Shown here piece after piece: positions 10,801 to 19,024 of a stretch of 64,000 nucleotides of DNA (positions are counted from its first letter, which is position 1; the number at the start of each line of letters is the position of its first letter). The stretch is taken from assembly GCA_963782055.1 (NCBI GenBank), contig CAWAIF010000003.1, forward strand, positions 2,624,001 through 2,688,000, given 5' to 3'. Both the position numbers and the translations under genes were made by a program. The notes beneath the pieces are model-generated. The model ran no database searches. It was not told the DNA's origin and was given only the letters and a program-made list of their open reading frames with translations. This DNA comes from an uncultured delta proteobacterium (GTDB lineage Bacteria > Myxococcota_A > Polyangia > Polyangiales > Polyangiaceae).

Positions 10801-11734
10801 TCGGGGGCTCGGTCTGCGCGACGATCACGCTCACCAGCCGCTGCTCGCCGTGCGTCAGGGTGGGGGGGATGCTGGAGCGTCGCGGCAGCGGCGCGCCGCT
10901 CCGCGGGGCCTCGATGCCCGCGAGCTCCTCGGCCACCGCCTGGCCATCGGCGGGGCGGTCGGCGGGATCCTTGGCGAGCATGCGCGTCACCAGGTCGTCG
11001 AGGGTGTCCGGCACCTCCGGCAACAGGTCGCGCACGCGCGGCGGCGGCTCGAAGAGGACCTTGGCGAGCACGCTCACCAGGTCGTCGCCGTGGAAGGCGT
11101 TCTGCCCCGTGAGGCACTTGAAGAGCAGCGCGCCCAGGGAGAAGACGTCCACCTGCGGGCCGAGCTCGCGCTCGCCGCGAGCCTGCTCCGGCGCGATGTA
11201 GCCCGGCGTCCCGACCAGCATTCCGGTCTTGGTGACCTCCGCCGCGGCGGAGTGCCGCGCGAGCCCGAAGTCGACGAGCATCGCCCGATCCACCTCGCCG
11301 CCGGCCAGCATCACGTTGGTGGGCTTCACGTCGCGGTGCACCAGCTTTCGTGCGTGCGCGGAGCCCAGCGCGGCGGCGATGCGGCCCGCGATGACGAGCG
11401 ACTCGGCGATGCTCAGCTTGCCGCGCCGCAGGCGCCGGGCGAGCGTCTCGCCCTCGATCCACTGCATGGCGAGGAAGGGCTCGCCCGTCGGCAGCACGCC
11501 GTGCGCCACGTAGCGGACGGCCCCGGGGTGGCTGATCTCCGCGAGCGCCGCCGTCTCCCGGGCGAAGCGCTCGGCGTGCTCCCCCGGCGCGTGCAGCACC
11601 TTGAGGGCGACGAGCTCCCCGGTGAGGGTGTCGAGCGCCCGGTGCACCGAGCCCATGCCTCCGGTGCCGACCTTCTCCTCCAGCGCGAAGCGGCCGGCGA
11701 TGAGCGAGCCGTCGTCGTGCGCGGCGTGGGACAT
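7853..11734 (-). CDS. Ser/Thr protein kinase - AAA/STAND ATPase - TPR multidomain protein
   Basis: GTGGMG, HRDVKPTN, DFG, APE; VGRERE, Walker A GDAGVGKS, Walker B VLEDLQW; helical repeat C-terminus. Confidence 0.92.
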   Translation of the reverse strand: MSHAAHDDGSLIAGRFALEEKVGTGGMGSVHRALDTLTGELVALKVLHAPGEHAERFARETAALAEISHPGAVRYVAHGVLPTGEPFLAMQWIEGETLARRLRRGKLSIAESLVIAGRIAAALGSAHARKLVHRDVKPTNVMLAGGEVDRAMLVDFGLARHSAAAEVTKTGMLVGTPGYIAPEQARGERELGPQVDVFSLGALLFKCLTGQNAFHGDDLVSVLAKVLFEPPPRVRDLLPEVPDTLDDLVTRMLAKDPADRPADGQAVAEELAGIEAPRSGAPLPRRSSIPPTLTHGEQRLVSVIVAQTEPPTETGSKAATERERLSPVVREFGGTLETLASGTLVATLQGTGSATDQATRAARCALRVQTEMGETPVVLATGRGVVSGPLPVGEAIERAAALLHAETARRASGAGRCGIRTDETTAGLLDARFELGGDDQGGLFLTQEREIADATRKLLGMVTPCVGRERELGTLMAAWEECGEEEVASVTLVVGDAGVGKSRLRYEFVRRVKERGDKVEVWVGRGDPMQAGSPFALARQVLRQAARVLEGEPLPVRQQKLRARIARHAAPGDVARLSEFLGEIAGVPFGDEESAQLRAARRDAVLMGDLMQRAWEDFLAAECAANPVLLVLEDLQWGDLPTVRLVDGALRSLADSPLMVLALGRPAVRDAFPRLWSGRRTTSLHLGEISRKAAEKLVRHVLGDRITAPTVARIIGLAGGNVFYLEELIRSIASGHGDALPETVLAMVQARLDALEGDARQVLRAASVFGDVFWGGGVSALVDASLAPHAGEWLDTLCEREIVSRRSEGRFPGEREYIFRNALVREAAYATLTAQDRAVGHRVAGTWLERAGETDPLLLAGHYGQSGQPSRAAPWYLRAAMRAVGGNDLDGAVECAELGIRCGAAGEELGLLRTLLGNVAWWRGESARAVSCFEEALRLLPEGGDAWCNAAGQLAAAWGRMHRTEELTALAGRVEKAAHGTFGAALAIAVAQTCVAFAHAGDPAASMSMLALLESHGSSEVMQEPIVAAQAATARAAIAHFAGDVGAMLEWTLESVRQFDQIEDRRNGCSRRVNLGYGYIEAGMYEEAERVLRETLAIGDRMGLDSVSAASKQNLGLALSHLGRAEEARALQEDAIEAFHAQKRPRMEDGSRIYHAHALARAGMHDEAAAQARSIARREDLPPTFRAYALAVLAHIELLRDDKDAALAASREAYDLLVTLGGIDEGESLVRLVWAEALFANGQERTGRVAIGDAARRLRARADRMTSAAVREAFLTQVPENALTLEIAQAWAK

Positions 11735-11858
11735 GCCATCATCAGCATAAGCGCGTGCGCGGCGGAAGGGGGGCAAATCCCGCGCGGCGCGGATGAGGTC
11801 CGGCCGGAGGCCGCCGACGGCCCGAAGGGCAGGTGGCCCCTGAGGTAGAGTGGTCGCC

Positions 11859-12491
11859 ATGATCCGAACCGCCGGTCTGGCTCCTCTCGTCTGCGTGTGT
11901 GCGAGCGCGCTCCTCTCCTGTGGCGGCGGCGCGGCCTCCACGGTCGCCGCTCCACCGACCGCGCCATCCGGTCCGCCGCCGAGCGCGCCCGCCGCGACGT
12001 CCGCGCCCGCCGCGACGTCCGCGTCCACCGCGCAGGACACCTCGCCCGCGCCCATCGGGCACCGTCATCGCAAGGTCGGCAACGGGTGGTTCCTCTCCGG
12101 CGGGGGCAAGGGCTCCTACGAGGCGGTGTTCGAGCCCGGGCCGCCGCCCGACGTGGTGATGCGGCCCACCGGCGATCCCGGCGGCCGCTGGGTGACGCTC
12201 ATGAAGAACGTCGCGGCCGCGCGCTATCGCGGCAAGAAGGTGCGCATCCGCATCGGCATCAAGACCCAGGGCGTCACCGGGCGCGGGGAGATCTGGGCGC
12301 GCGCCGCCGCCCCGGGCAATCCAGAGGACGCGCCGAGCACCACCGCGCCGCTCGACGCGAGCGCGGCGATGAAGACCTACGAGGTGACCATCGACGTGAA
12401 GCCGGGGGCGCGCGTCGTGGAGTACGGCGCGTCGATCGTCGGTCCGGGCAGCCTTTGGGTGGGGGAGGACGCGATCGACGTGGTCCAGTGA
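11859..12491 (+). CDS. Hypothetical lipoprotein with a jelly-roll-like C-terminal domain
   Basis: Lipobox LLSC, Pro/Ala linker, then GWFLSG...TLMKNVAAARYRGKKVRI...GEIWAR...GPGSLWV. Confidence 0.65.
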   Translation: MIRTAGLAPLVCVCASALLSCGGGAASTVAAPPTAPSGPPPSAPAATSAPAATSASTAQDTSPAPIGHRHRKVGNGWFLSGGGKGSYEAVFEPGPPPDVVMRPTGDPGGRWVTLMKNVAAARYRGKKVRIRIGIKTQGVTGRGEIWARAAAPGNPEDAPSTTAPLDASAAMKTYEVTIDVKPGARVVEYGASIVGPGSLWVGEDAIDVVQ

Positions 12492-12521
12492 CCCTCGCGC
12501 GGTCGTGATACTCGTGGACCC

Positions 12522-12974
12522 ATGTCCTTCGTCGCCGAAGCCTGGGCCGACATCGACGTCCCGCCGGAGATGGCGTTCGACGTGCTCCTCGACCACCCCG
12601 GGTGGAAGGATTGGATGCCACCTTCCTTCGCCGTCGCTTCACCGCCGGACGGGCCGCTGCGGGTGGGCGCGCGCTTTCGCGTGCGCATCCTCGGCGCGCC
12701 GGCGGCCAGCACGCTGCGGCTGCTGGTGGCGGATCGCCCGCGCGAGATCGCCTGGTCCGGCGGGATGCGCAGGGTGCTGCACGGCGAGCACCGCTTCCTC
12801 TTCGAGAGCGACGGCGGCGGCGGGACGAAGGTCCACTCCCACGAGAAGTGGAGCGGCGCGCTGGCGCCCCTCGTGCGCCGCCTGGTCAAGCCGATGGCCG
12901 AGCGCGTGGGGAGAGAGCAGCTCGCCGGTCTCGCCGCGGCGTGCCGGGCGAGGCAGCCAGGCTCGGCGCGGTGA
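12522..12974 (+). CDS. SRPBCC/polyketide cyclase family protein
   Basis: IDVPPEMAFDVLLDHPGWKDW, GEHRFLF, HSHEKWSG. Confidence 0.85.
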   Translation: MSFVAEAWADIDVPPEMAFDVLLDHPGWKDWMPPSFAVASPPDGPLRVGARFRVRILGAPAASTLRLLVADRPREIAWSGGMRRVLHGEHRFLFESDGGGGTKVHSHEKWSGALAPLVRRLVKPMAERVGREQLAGLAAACRARQPGSAR

Positions 12975-14005
12975 GGACGCCGACCCTCGCGCTCGGCTGC
13001 GTGTTGCTGGCCGGCGCGCCGGCGCGCGCGCTCGCGGCGGGGGGGAAGGAGCCCACGCGCATCGAGTACCACGCGCCTGACGGCTGTCCCGGCGCGGCCG
13101 ACTTCGAGGCGGGCGTCTTCGGACGAACGGCGCTTGCGCGCCGTGCCGAGCCCGGGGAGCGAGCCCGCACCTTCGTGGTGTCCATTCGCAAGACCGACCG
13201 CTTCGTCGGTACGCTGCGGGTGCGCGAGCTGGACGGCTCCACCTCGCGGCGGCAGGTCGCCACGCGCACTTGCCGCGACACCGCCGAGGCGCTCGAGCTC
13301 TTCACCGCGCTCGCCATCGACCCCAACGCACAAGCGCTTCTGTCCGCTCCGGCGGCGACGACGACCCCCAGCCCCGGATCGCCCCCCGCCGCGCCGGCAC
13401 CGCCCCCCGTCAGGAAGCGGGGCGCCGTCGTGCCTCCGCGCACGCCCCGGTCCGCGCGGCCGCGTCGCACAGGCCCACCATGGAGGCTCCGCGTCGCGGC
13501 AGGGACGGGCGCGGGCGTCGCGGCCGGCATCGCGCCGTCGCCCATGGGGAACGTCCCCCTCTTCGTCGACCTGGACGCCGTTCGTGGCGACGCGGTGTGG
13601 GTCCCGGGCGTGCGGGTGGCGCTCTCCTTTGGCCAGGGCGCCACTCCCGTTGCACCGACCGGCGGCTTCGTGCTGCGGTGGGTCGCCGCCACGGTGCTCC
13701 TCTGCGGGGTCCGCCTCGCGACCGGCGCCTTCGAGGTGCGCGTCTGCGCCGCGGGCGAGGCGGGCTCCCTGCGCGCGGCCAGCTTCGTGGTCGCGCAGCC
13801 GGTGGCGATCGAGCGGCCCTGGCTGGGCCTGGGCGGAGCGCTCCGTGCCGCCGTACGCCTCGCCGGTCGTCTCCGTCTCGGAGCCTCGGCGGCCCTCGTG
13901 GCGCCCCTCTTTCACGACCGGATCTTCCTTTCGCCCGGCCTGCTGGCGTACGAGGTCCCGTCCGTCGGAGGGCGCCTGGACCTGCTCGTCGGGCTGGTCT
14001 TCTGA
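12971..14005 (+). CDS. Exported hypothetical protein, probable outer-membrane partner of the ECF module
   Basis: GTGA overlap; signal peptide; YHAPDGCP...TCRDTAEAL domain; Pro linker; amphipathic beta-strands ending in Phe. Confidence 0.7.
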   Translation: MRTPTLALGCVLLAGAPARALAAGGKEPTRIEYHAPDGCPGAADFEAGVFGRTALARRAEPGERARTFVVSIRKTDRFVGTLRVRELDGSTSRRQVATRTCRDTAEALELFTALAIDPNAQALLSAPAATTTPSPGSPPAAPAPPPVRKRGAVVPPRTPRSARPRRTGPPWRLRVAAGTGAGVAAGIAPSPMGNVPLFVDLDAVRGDAVWVPGVRVALSFGQGATPVAPTGGFVLRWVAATVLLCGVRLATGAFEVRVCAAGEAGSLRAASFVVAQPVAIERPWLGLGGALRAAVRLAGRLRLGASAALVAPLFHDRIFLSPGLLAYEVPSVGGRLDLLVGLVF

Positions 14006-14012
14006 CGCCAGA

Positions 14013-14044
14013 TGATCAGGGCGGCGGGGTGTGGACATTGTTGC
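14013..14044 (+). promoter_or_regulatory. Putative ECF-sigma promoter, copy 1
   Basis: TGATCAGGGCG-N9-GGACATTGTTGC; near-identical to 15737-15768. Confidence 0.7.
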
Positions 14045-14051
14045 AGGGACC

Positions 14052-15668
14052 ATGAACGCCTTCGGAAAGCTCTCGGTCGTGATGCTCGTCGTCGCGACCT
14101 CCTCGGGATGTGGCCGCGACGACAACCTCTTCCAGGGGGACGCCGGCGCCGTTTTGGACGCGGCCCCTGACGCGGCGAGCGAGGCCGGATGCCCGACCGG
14201 TCAGACCTCCTGCAGCGGCACGTGCGAGGACACCAAGACCTCGCCCACGGCCTGCGGCGGCTGCGGGCGCGTGTGCGCGCAGGGCGAGACGTGCTGCGGG
14301 ACGGCGTGCTCCTCGGACCCGGGCTGCGGCCTGCTCGTCGATTCCATCGCCGGCGACAAGGGCTACGTCAACGGCGGCGCCTACGTCACCCTCCACGGGC
14401 AGGGCTTCGCCGCGGGACTGCGCGCGTACGTCGGCGACGGCCGGGCGCCCGTGCGGGTGATCGACGCCAGCACGGCGATGGTGGTCACGCCGCCCGCCAC
14501 CATCGGCACCTACGACGTGCACGTGGTGCTCGGGTCGAGCACGGCCACGCTGCCCCAGGCCTTCACCTACCGCACCGAGGGCTTCGAGAAGCAGTGGACC
14601 GAGGTGAGCATGAGCACGCCTCGCGGCAACTTCCCGGCGATGAGCACGCTGCAGGACGGCCGGGTGCTCATCGTGGGCGGCCTCAGCACGGCCGCGACGT
14701 CCTCGGCCCTGGCCTCCGCCGAGCTCTACGACCCAAAGACGCACGGCTTCGCGCCCACCGCCAACGACATGACCGTGCCGCGCTTCACGACCGCGGCGGT
14801 CACCTTGCTCGATGGCCGCGTGCTGATCGTCGGCACGTGCAACACCTCGACGGGCAACGGCTGCCAGACGCCCGGTGATCGCGCCGTCGCCGACCTGTTC
14901 GACCCCACGACGAACACCTTCACGCAGGCCAAGGGCACGATGGTCGACACGACGCGCGTGTACGTCCGGCCCATCCTTCTGCCCGACGGGCGGGTCATGA
15001 TCACCTCGCGCGGGGAGGCGACGGCGGAGATCTTCGACCCGGCGACCGAGCTGTTCTCCACGCTGCCCATCACCTCCGTCAACACCGAGTTCGGCTATCC
15101 CGTCCGCCTTCGCGATGGCCGCGTGCTGTTCCTGTCGACGGCCACGAGCGAGGTCTACGATCCCGACACCGGCAAGCTCGCCTCGGTGAACGCGCCGCTC
15201 GCGCACGGGGCGTGGGCCGCGCTCACCCTGCCCGACGGCCGCGTCATGTCCCCCGGCGGCGACGACATCGTCAACAACAGCCGGACGCCGAGCGACACGA
15301 TCACGATCGTCGATCCCACCAAGCCGCAGGTGACCACCCTGGCCCAGAAGCTGAGCTCCCCGCGCCTCGTCTTCGCTTCGGCGCTGCTCGGCGACGGGAC
15401 GGTGATGGTCGCCGGCGGCATCGACGCCTCGTACCCCGTCAGCTACTCGTGCCTGGGCAACACCTTCCCCACGACCGACGCGGTCGATACCGTCGACGGC
15501 GCGGGCGGCGTGGTCACGCCGTTCCCCGCGCTGAACAACAAGAACATGGACATCGTCGCCGCGACGCTCCTGGACGGCTCGATCATCGCCGGAGGGGGCG
15601 CGCCGTGTGGCGGCGCGGGCGCGTACCCCTACGTCTATTTCCTCAAGAGCATCCCGCCGCCCAACTGA
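14052..15668 (+). CDS. Lipoprotein with Cys-rich repeat, IPT/TIG domain and Kelch (galactose-oxidase-type) beta-propeller
   Basis: SSGC lipobox; ACGGCGRVC; GGAYVTLHGQGF...AFTY; repeated LxDGRVL and ELYDP blades. Confidence 0.88.
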   Translation: MNAFGKLSVVMLVVATSSGCGRDDNLFQGDAGAVLDAAPDAASEAGCPTGQTSCSGTCEDTKTSPTACGGCGRVCAQGETCCGTACSSDPGCGLLVDSIAGDKGYVNGGAYVTLHGQGFAAGLRAYVGDGRAPVRVIDASTAMVVTPPATIGTYDVHVVLGSSTATLPQAFTYRTEGFEKQWTEVSMSTPRGNFPAMSTLQDGRVLIVGGLSTAATSSALASAELYDPKTHGFAPTANDMTVPRFTTAAVTLLDGRVLIVGTCNTSTGNGCQTPGDRAVADLFDPTTNTFTQAKGTMVDTTRVYVRPILLPDGRVMITSRGEATAEIFDPATELFSTLPITSVNTEFGYPVRLRDGRVLFLSTATSEVYDPDTGKLASVNAPLAHGAWAALTLPDGRVMSPGGDDIVNNSRTPSDTITIVDPTKPQVTTLAQKLSSPRLVFASALLGDGTVMVAGGIDASYPVSYSCLGNTFPTTDAVDTVDGAGGVVTPFPALNNKNMDIVAATLLDGSIIAGGGAPCGGAGAYPYVYFLKSIPPPN

Positions 15669-15736
15669 CCCCACGCCGGGGGCCTTTCAGGGCGCCGGTC
15701 GGGCTCCTGGCGAGGGCAGGGCGTCTGGCGAGGGCG

Positions 15737-15768
15737 TGATCAAGGCGCAGCGCTGCGGACATTGTTGC
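15737..15768 (+). promoter_or_regulatory. Putative ECF-sigma promoter, copy 2 (autoregulatory position)
   Basis: TGATCAAGGCG-N9-GGACATTGTTGC directly upstream of the sigma gene. Confidence 0.7.
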
Positions 15769-15773
15769 TAGAT

Positions 15774-16358
15774 GTGCTGCAGGCCGCCTTCTCACGCTCC
15801 CCCGCCAGTCTGCTCCAGCTCGCGCGTCCCATGCCCGCCAGCGCCCGCCTCGCCGAAATGTTCCGGCAGCACGTCGACTTCGTGGCGCGGTCTCTCCGCC
15901 GTCTGGGCGTCGCGGAGCCCGATCTCGAGGACGCGACGCAGGAGGTCTTCGTCGTGGCGAGTCGCAAGCTATCCACCATCGAGCTCGGCGCCGAGAAGGC
16001 GTTCCTCTTCGGCACGGCGATGCGCCTCGCCTCCAACGCTCGCCGGTCGCGCCGCCGCAGCAGGGAGTCGCTGGGCGTCGACACCGCGGACGAGGCGGAC
16101 GTCGCGCCCGCGGCCGAGGAGCTGCTCGACCGGCGCAGGGCGCGCGAGACGCTCGACGGGCTGCTCTCCGCCCTCGACGACGACGCCCGGGCCGTCTTCG
16201 CGCTGCACGAGATTGAGGGGCTGACCGCCGCGGAGATCGCGACCATCGTCGGCATCCCTCCGGGCACGGTCGCGTCTCGCCTGCGCCGTGCCCGTGTGCA
16301 GTTCGACGAGGGCCTCGCGGCCCTGCAGGCGCGCCTGGCAGGGAGGGTTGGGCCATGA
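15774..16358 (+). CDS. ECF RNA polymerase sigma factor
   Basis: Region 2 DLEDATQEVF; region 4 EIATIVGIPPGTVASRLRRAR; start is GTG 15774 or ATG 15831. Confidence 0.92.
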   Translation: MLQAAFSRSPASLLQLARPMPASARLAEMFRQHVDFVARSLRRLGVAEPDLEDATQEVFVVASRKLSTIELGAEKAFLFGTAMRLASNARRSRRRSRESLGVDTADEADVAPAAEELLDRRRARETLDGLLSALDDDARAVFALHEIEGLTAAEIATIVGIPPGTVASRLRRARVQFDEGLAALQARLAGRVGP

Positions 16359-17065
16359 CCGCGCCGGTCCCCGACAAGGAAGCGCTCCGCCGCGCGCTCA
16401 TGGAGTCCGCGTCCACCGACGGCCTGGATGGCGCAGCGCGCGACCGCGTCGCCCGCTCGCTCGGGTTGACGGTGGGGACATGGGGGACCGCCGGCGCCGC
16501 GGCGCGGGCGGCCGCCCGCGGCCGGGGCTGGTGGAAGGTGCTGCTCGGCACCCTGGGCACCGGGCTGGCGGTGACGGTGTTTTTGCTCGCCTCGCACCGC
16601 GGAGCGCCGGCTGTCGCGCCGCCGGCCCGCCCGGCGCACCCCGCCGCGCCGCCGTCGGCGTCCGCCGCCACCGCCACGACGCCGGACATCCCGACGCTCG
16701 CGGTCACCGACCTGCCTGTCGTGCCGCGGCCGCCCGTCGTCTCGTCGCGGGCGGTCAAGCGGGGGGATGGCGACTCGGTGGCCGAGCAGCTGGCCGCGCT
16801 CGACGCCATCCGGCGCGAGCTCGCCGGGGTGCAGCCGGCCGCCGCGCTGCGCGATCTGGACAGCTTCGACGCGAAGTACGCCGCGAGCCCGTTCGCCGAC
16901 GAGGCGGCCGTCCTGCGCATCGAGGCGCTCGAAGCGTCGGGCGATCGGAGCGCCGCACGGCAGCGCGGTCGAGCGTTCCTCGCCGCGTCTCCGGGGAGCC
17001 CGTACGCCAAGCGGGTGCGCTCGCTGGTCGGTGAGGACACCGCCACGAGTCCGGACGCAGGCTGA
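16355..17065 (+). CDS. Putative anti-sigma factor: single TM, Pro-rich linker, periplasmic TPR-like helices
   Basis: ATGA overlap with the sigma gene; one TM; C-terminal FADEAAVLRIEAL...PGSPYAKRVR. Confidence 0.75.
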   Translation: MTAPVPDKEALRRALMESASTDGLDGAARDRVARSLGLTVGTWGTAGAAARAAARGRGWWKVLLGTLGTGLAVTVFLLASHRGAPAVAPPARPAHPAAPPSASAATATTPDIPTLAVTDLPVVPRPPVVSSRAVKRGDGDSVAEQLAALDAIRRELAGVQPAAALRDLDSFDAKYAASPFADEAAVLRIEALEASGDRSAARQRGRAFLAASPGSPYAKRVRSLVGEDTATSPDAG

Positions 17066-17071
17066 CGAGGG

Positions 17072-17440
17072 TCAGGGCTTGGCGGCGCGGCGGACGCGGC
17101 GAGGCGGCTCGCCCACGAGGGCGGCGGCCGCCGGCGGCGGCGAGAGCGCGTCCTCGTCACGGCCGGTGTTGTGGGAGAGCCACTCGCGCTTCGCCGTGGT
17201 GTAGGCGGTGCGCGTGGCGGAGGCGATCTCCGGCGCGCTGAGCGGCGCCTCACCGCGGCGGGTGCGCGCGAGGTCGAAGTGCGCGACGACCAGCGCGCGC
17301 GCCTCGGGTACGGTGCCGGGCCAGCCGCCGGAGACGGTGCGCCCCTCGCGCCGCATGTCGTCGCACCAGCCCTGTGCCCAGCGCGCGCCCACGGCGCGGG
17401 CGCCCTGATCCAGCCAGGCCTCGCGGTCGAGGATGCTCAC
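17072..17440 (-). CDS. Hypothetical protein coupled to the helicase gene
   Basis: GTGA overlap with the helicase stop; protein-like composition, GGWPGT motif. Confidence 0.6.
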   Translation of the reverse strand: MSILDREAWLDQGARAVGARWAQGWCDDMRREGRTVSGGWPGTVPEARALVVAHFDLARTRRGEAPLSAPEIASATRTAYTTAKREWLSHNTGRDEDALSPPPAAAALVGEPPRRVRRAAKP

Positions 17441-18831
17441 GGCCGCCCTGGCCCGAAGTGCCGGTTCCCGCGATAGCGGCGAGGTCTCTGGCGGCGGGAG
17501 GCTTCGGTCGCCGGGGCCGGCGAGGGCGCGCCAGCCGGGCCGGTGTCGGCCATCGTGCTGGCGGGGGAGACGGCGAGCCGGCAGCGGATCAGCCGCTCGA
17601 TGTCGGAGAGCAGGCGGCGCTCCTCCGGATCGCAGAAGGAGATGGCGCGCCCCGTCGCGCCCGCGCGGCCGGTGCGGCCGATGCGATGCACGTAGCTCTC
17701 CGGCTCGTGAGGGAGCTCGAAGTTGATGACGTGCGAGATGCCCTCGACGTCGATGCCGCGAGAGGCGACGTCGGTCGCCACGAGCACGCGTGTGGTGCCC
17801 TTGCGGAAGGCCTCGAGCGCACGCTCGCGCGCGCCCTGCGACTTGTTGCCGTGGATGGCGGCCGAGCCGATGCCGGCGCGCTCGAGCTGATCGGAGAGGC
17901 GGTTGGCGCCGTGCTTGGTGCGCGTGAAGACGATGGCGCGCACCACGTCTTCTTCCTGGAGCATCTGCTCGAGCAGGGCGCGCTTGCCTGCGCGCGGCAC
18001 GAAGACCACCGACTGCTCGACCGTCGTCGCGGTGGTGACCGCGGGGGTGACCGAGACGCGCGCGGGATCACGGAGCATCCCGCGGGCGAGCTGCTCGATG
18101 GCCGGCGGGATCGTCGCCGAGAAGAGGAGGGTCTGCCGCGCGGCGGGGATGGCCGAGGCGACGCGCCGGACGTCGTGGACGAAGCCCATGTCGAGCATGC
18201 GGTCTGCCTCGTCCAGGACGAAGTGGGTCACGGCGTCGAGGCGCACGAACCCCTGCTGCATGAGATCGAGCAGGCGGCCGGGCGTCGCGATGAGCAGGTC
18301 CGGAGAGCGCCGCAGGGCGATCTCCTGCCGGTGCTGGCTGACTCCGCCGTAGATGACGGCGTGGCCCAGCGGCAGGAAGCGGCCGTACGCCGAGACGCGC
18401 TCGGCGATCTGCGCGGCGAGCTCGCGGGTGGGGGTGAGCACCAGCGTGCGGATGCGCCCGCTGCGCGGCGTGGCCGCGAGGCGCTGCAGGATGGGCATGA
18501 CGAAGGCGGCGGTCTTGCCGGTGCCGGTCTGGGCGCAGGCGAGCACGTCGCGGCCGGCGAGGGCGTGCGGGACGACCTGCGCCTGCACCGGCGTCGGCTC
18601 GGCGTAGCCCTCGGCCACGACGGCGCGGACGATGGCGGGGTGCAGCCCCAGCGCTGTGAAGGGGGACGCCGCGATGGCGGCGAGCTCGCTCTCGCTCGGC
18701 GGCGGGATGGCGGCGGCGGGCGCGGGCGCCTCGAGCGCGTGCTCGGGGCTCGCGGCGTGCCGCGGCCTACTCGCCGGCGCGTTCGGCCGGGCGAAGGGGC
18801 GGCGCGGGCGCCGCGGATACGGATGACTCAT
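17437..18831 (-). CDS. DEAD-box RNA helicase (RhlE-like)
   Basis: Q motif PTPVQ, AQTGTGKT, PTRELA, DEAD, SAT, HRIGRTGRAG. Confidence 0.96.
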   Translation of the reverse strand: MSHPYPRRPRRPFARPNAPASRPRHAASPEHALEAPAPAAAIPPPSESELAAIAASPFTALGLHPAIVRAVVAEGYAEPTPVQAQVVPHALAGRDVLACAQTGTGKTAAFVMPILQRLAATPRSGRIRTLVLTPTRELAAQIAERVSAYGRFLPLGHAVIYGGVSQHRQEIALRRSPDLLIATPGRLLDLMQQGFVRLDAVTHFVLDEADRMLDMGFVHDVRRVASAIPAARQTLLFSATIPPAIEQLARGMLRDPARVSVTPAVTTATTVEQSVVFVPRAGKRALLEQMLQEEDVVRAIVFTRTKHGANRLSDQLERAGIGSAAIHGNKSQGARERALEAFRKGTTRVLVATDVASRGIDVEGISHVINFELPHEPESYVHRIGRTGRAGATGRAISFCDPEERRLLSDIERLIRCRLAVSPASTMADTGPAGAPSPAPATEASRRQRPRRYRGNRHFGPGRP

Positions 18832-18984
18832 GATTGATGGACTTCTTCTCTCCGGGGCACGGTGCGCCGCGCTTCGGGCGCACCACACGTACCCCGTCAC
18901 GCTTCGCCGGCGGCGTGGAGCCGCGCTCATGCAACCGAGCAAGAGCAGCGAGCGAGCTCGCCAGGAAGATGCGTGACCGCGGGC

Positions 18985-19013
18985 ATATAGCGCATCGCGG
19001 CATCGCGCGCAAG
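18985..19013 (-). promoter_or_regulatory. Putative sigma70 promoter of the helicase operon
   Basis: Minus strand CTTGCG-N17-CTATAT, about 150 nt upstream of the ATG. Confidence 0.5.
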
Positions 19014-19024
19014 GAAGGGCGGCG

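Noticed and set aside
8150..11848. Very long antisense and alternative-frame ORFs (e.g. 8150-11848 +, 33674-35788 +, most of 47273-50443 +)
   Set aside because: Shadow ORFs caused by stop-codon scarcity at high GC; they overlap genes with clear motifs. Only the last 138 codons of 47273-50443 look real
11984..12023. 18-bp tandem duplication
   Set aside because: Encodes APAATS twice in a low-complexity linker; ordinary coding repeat
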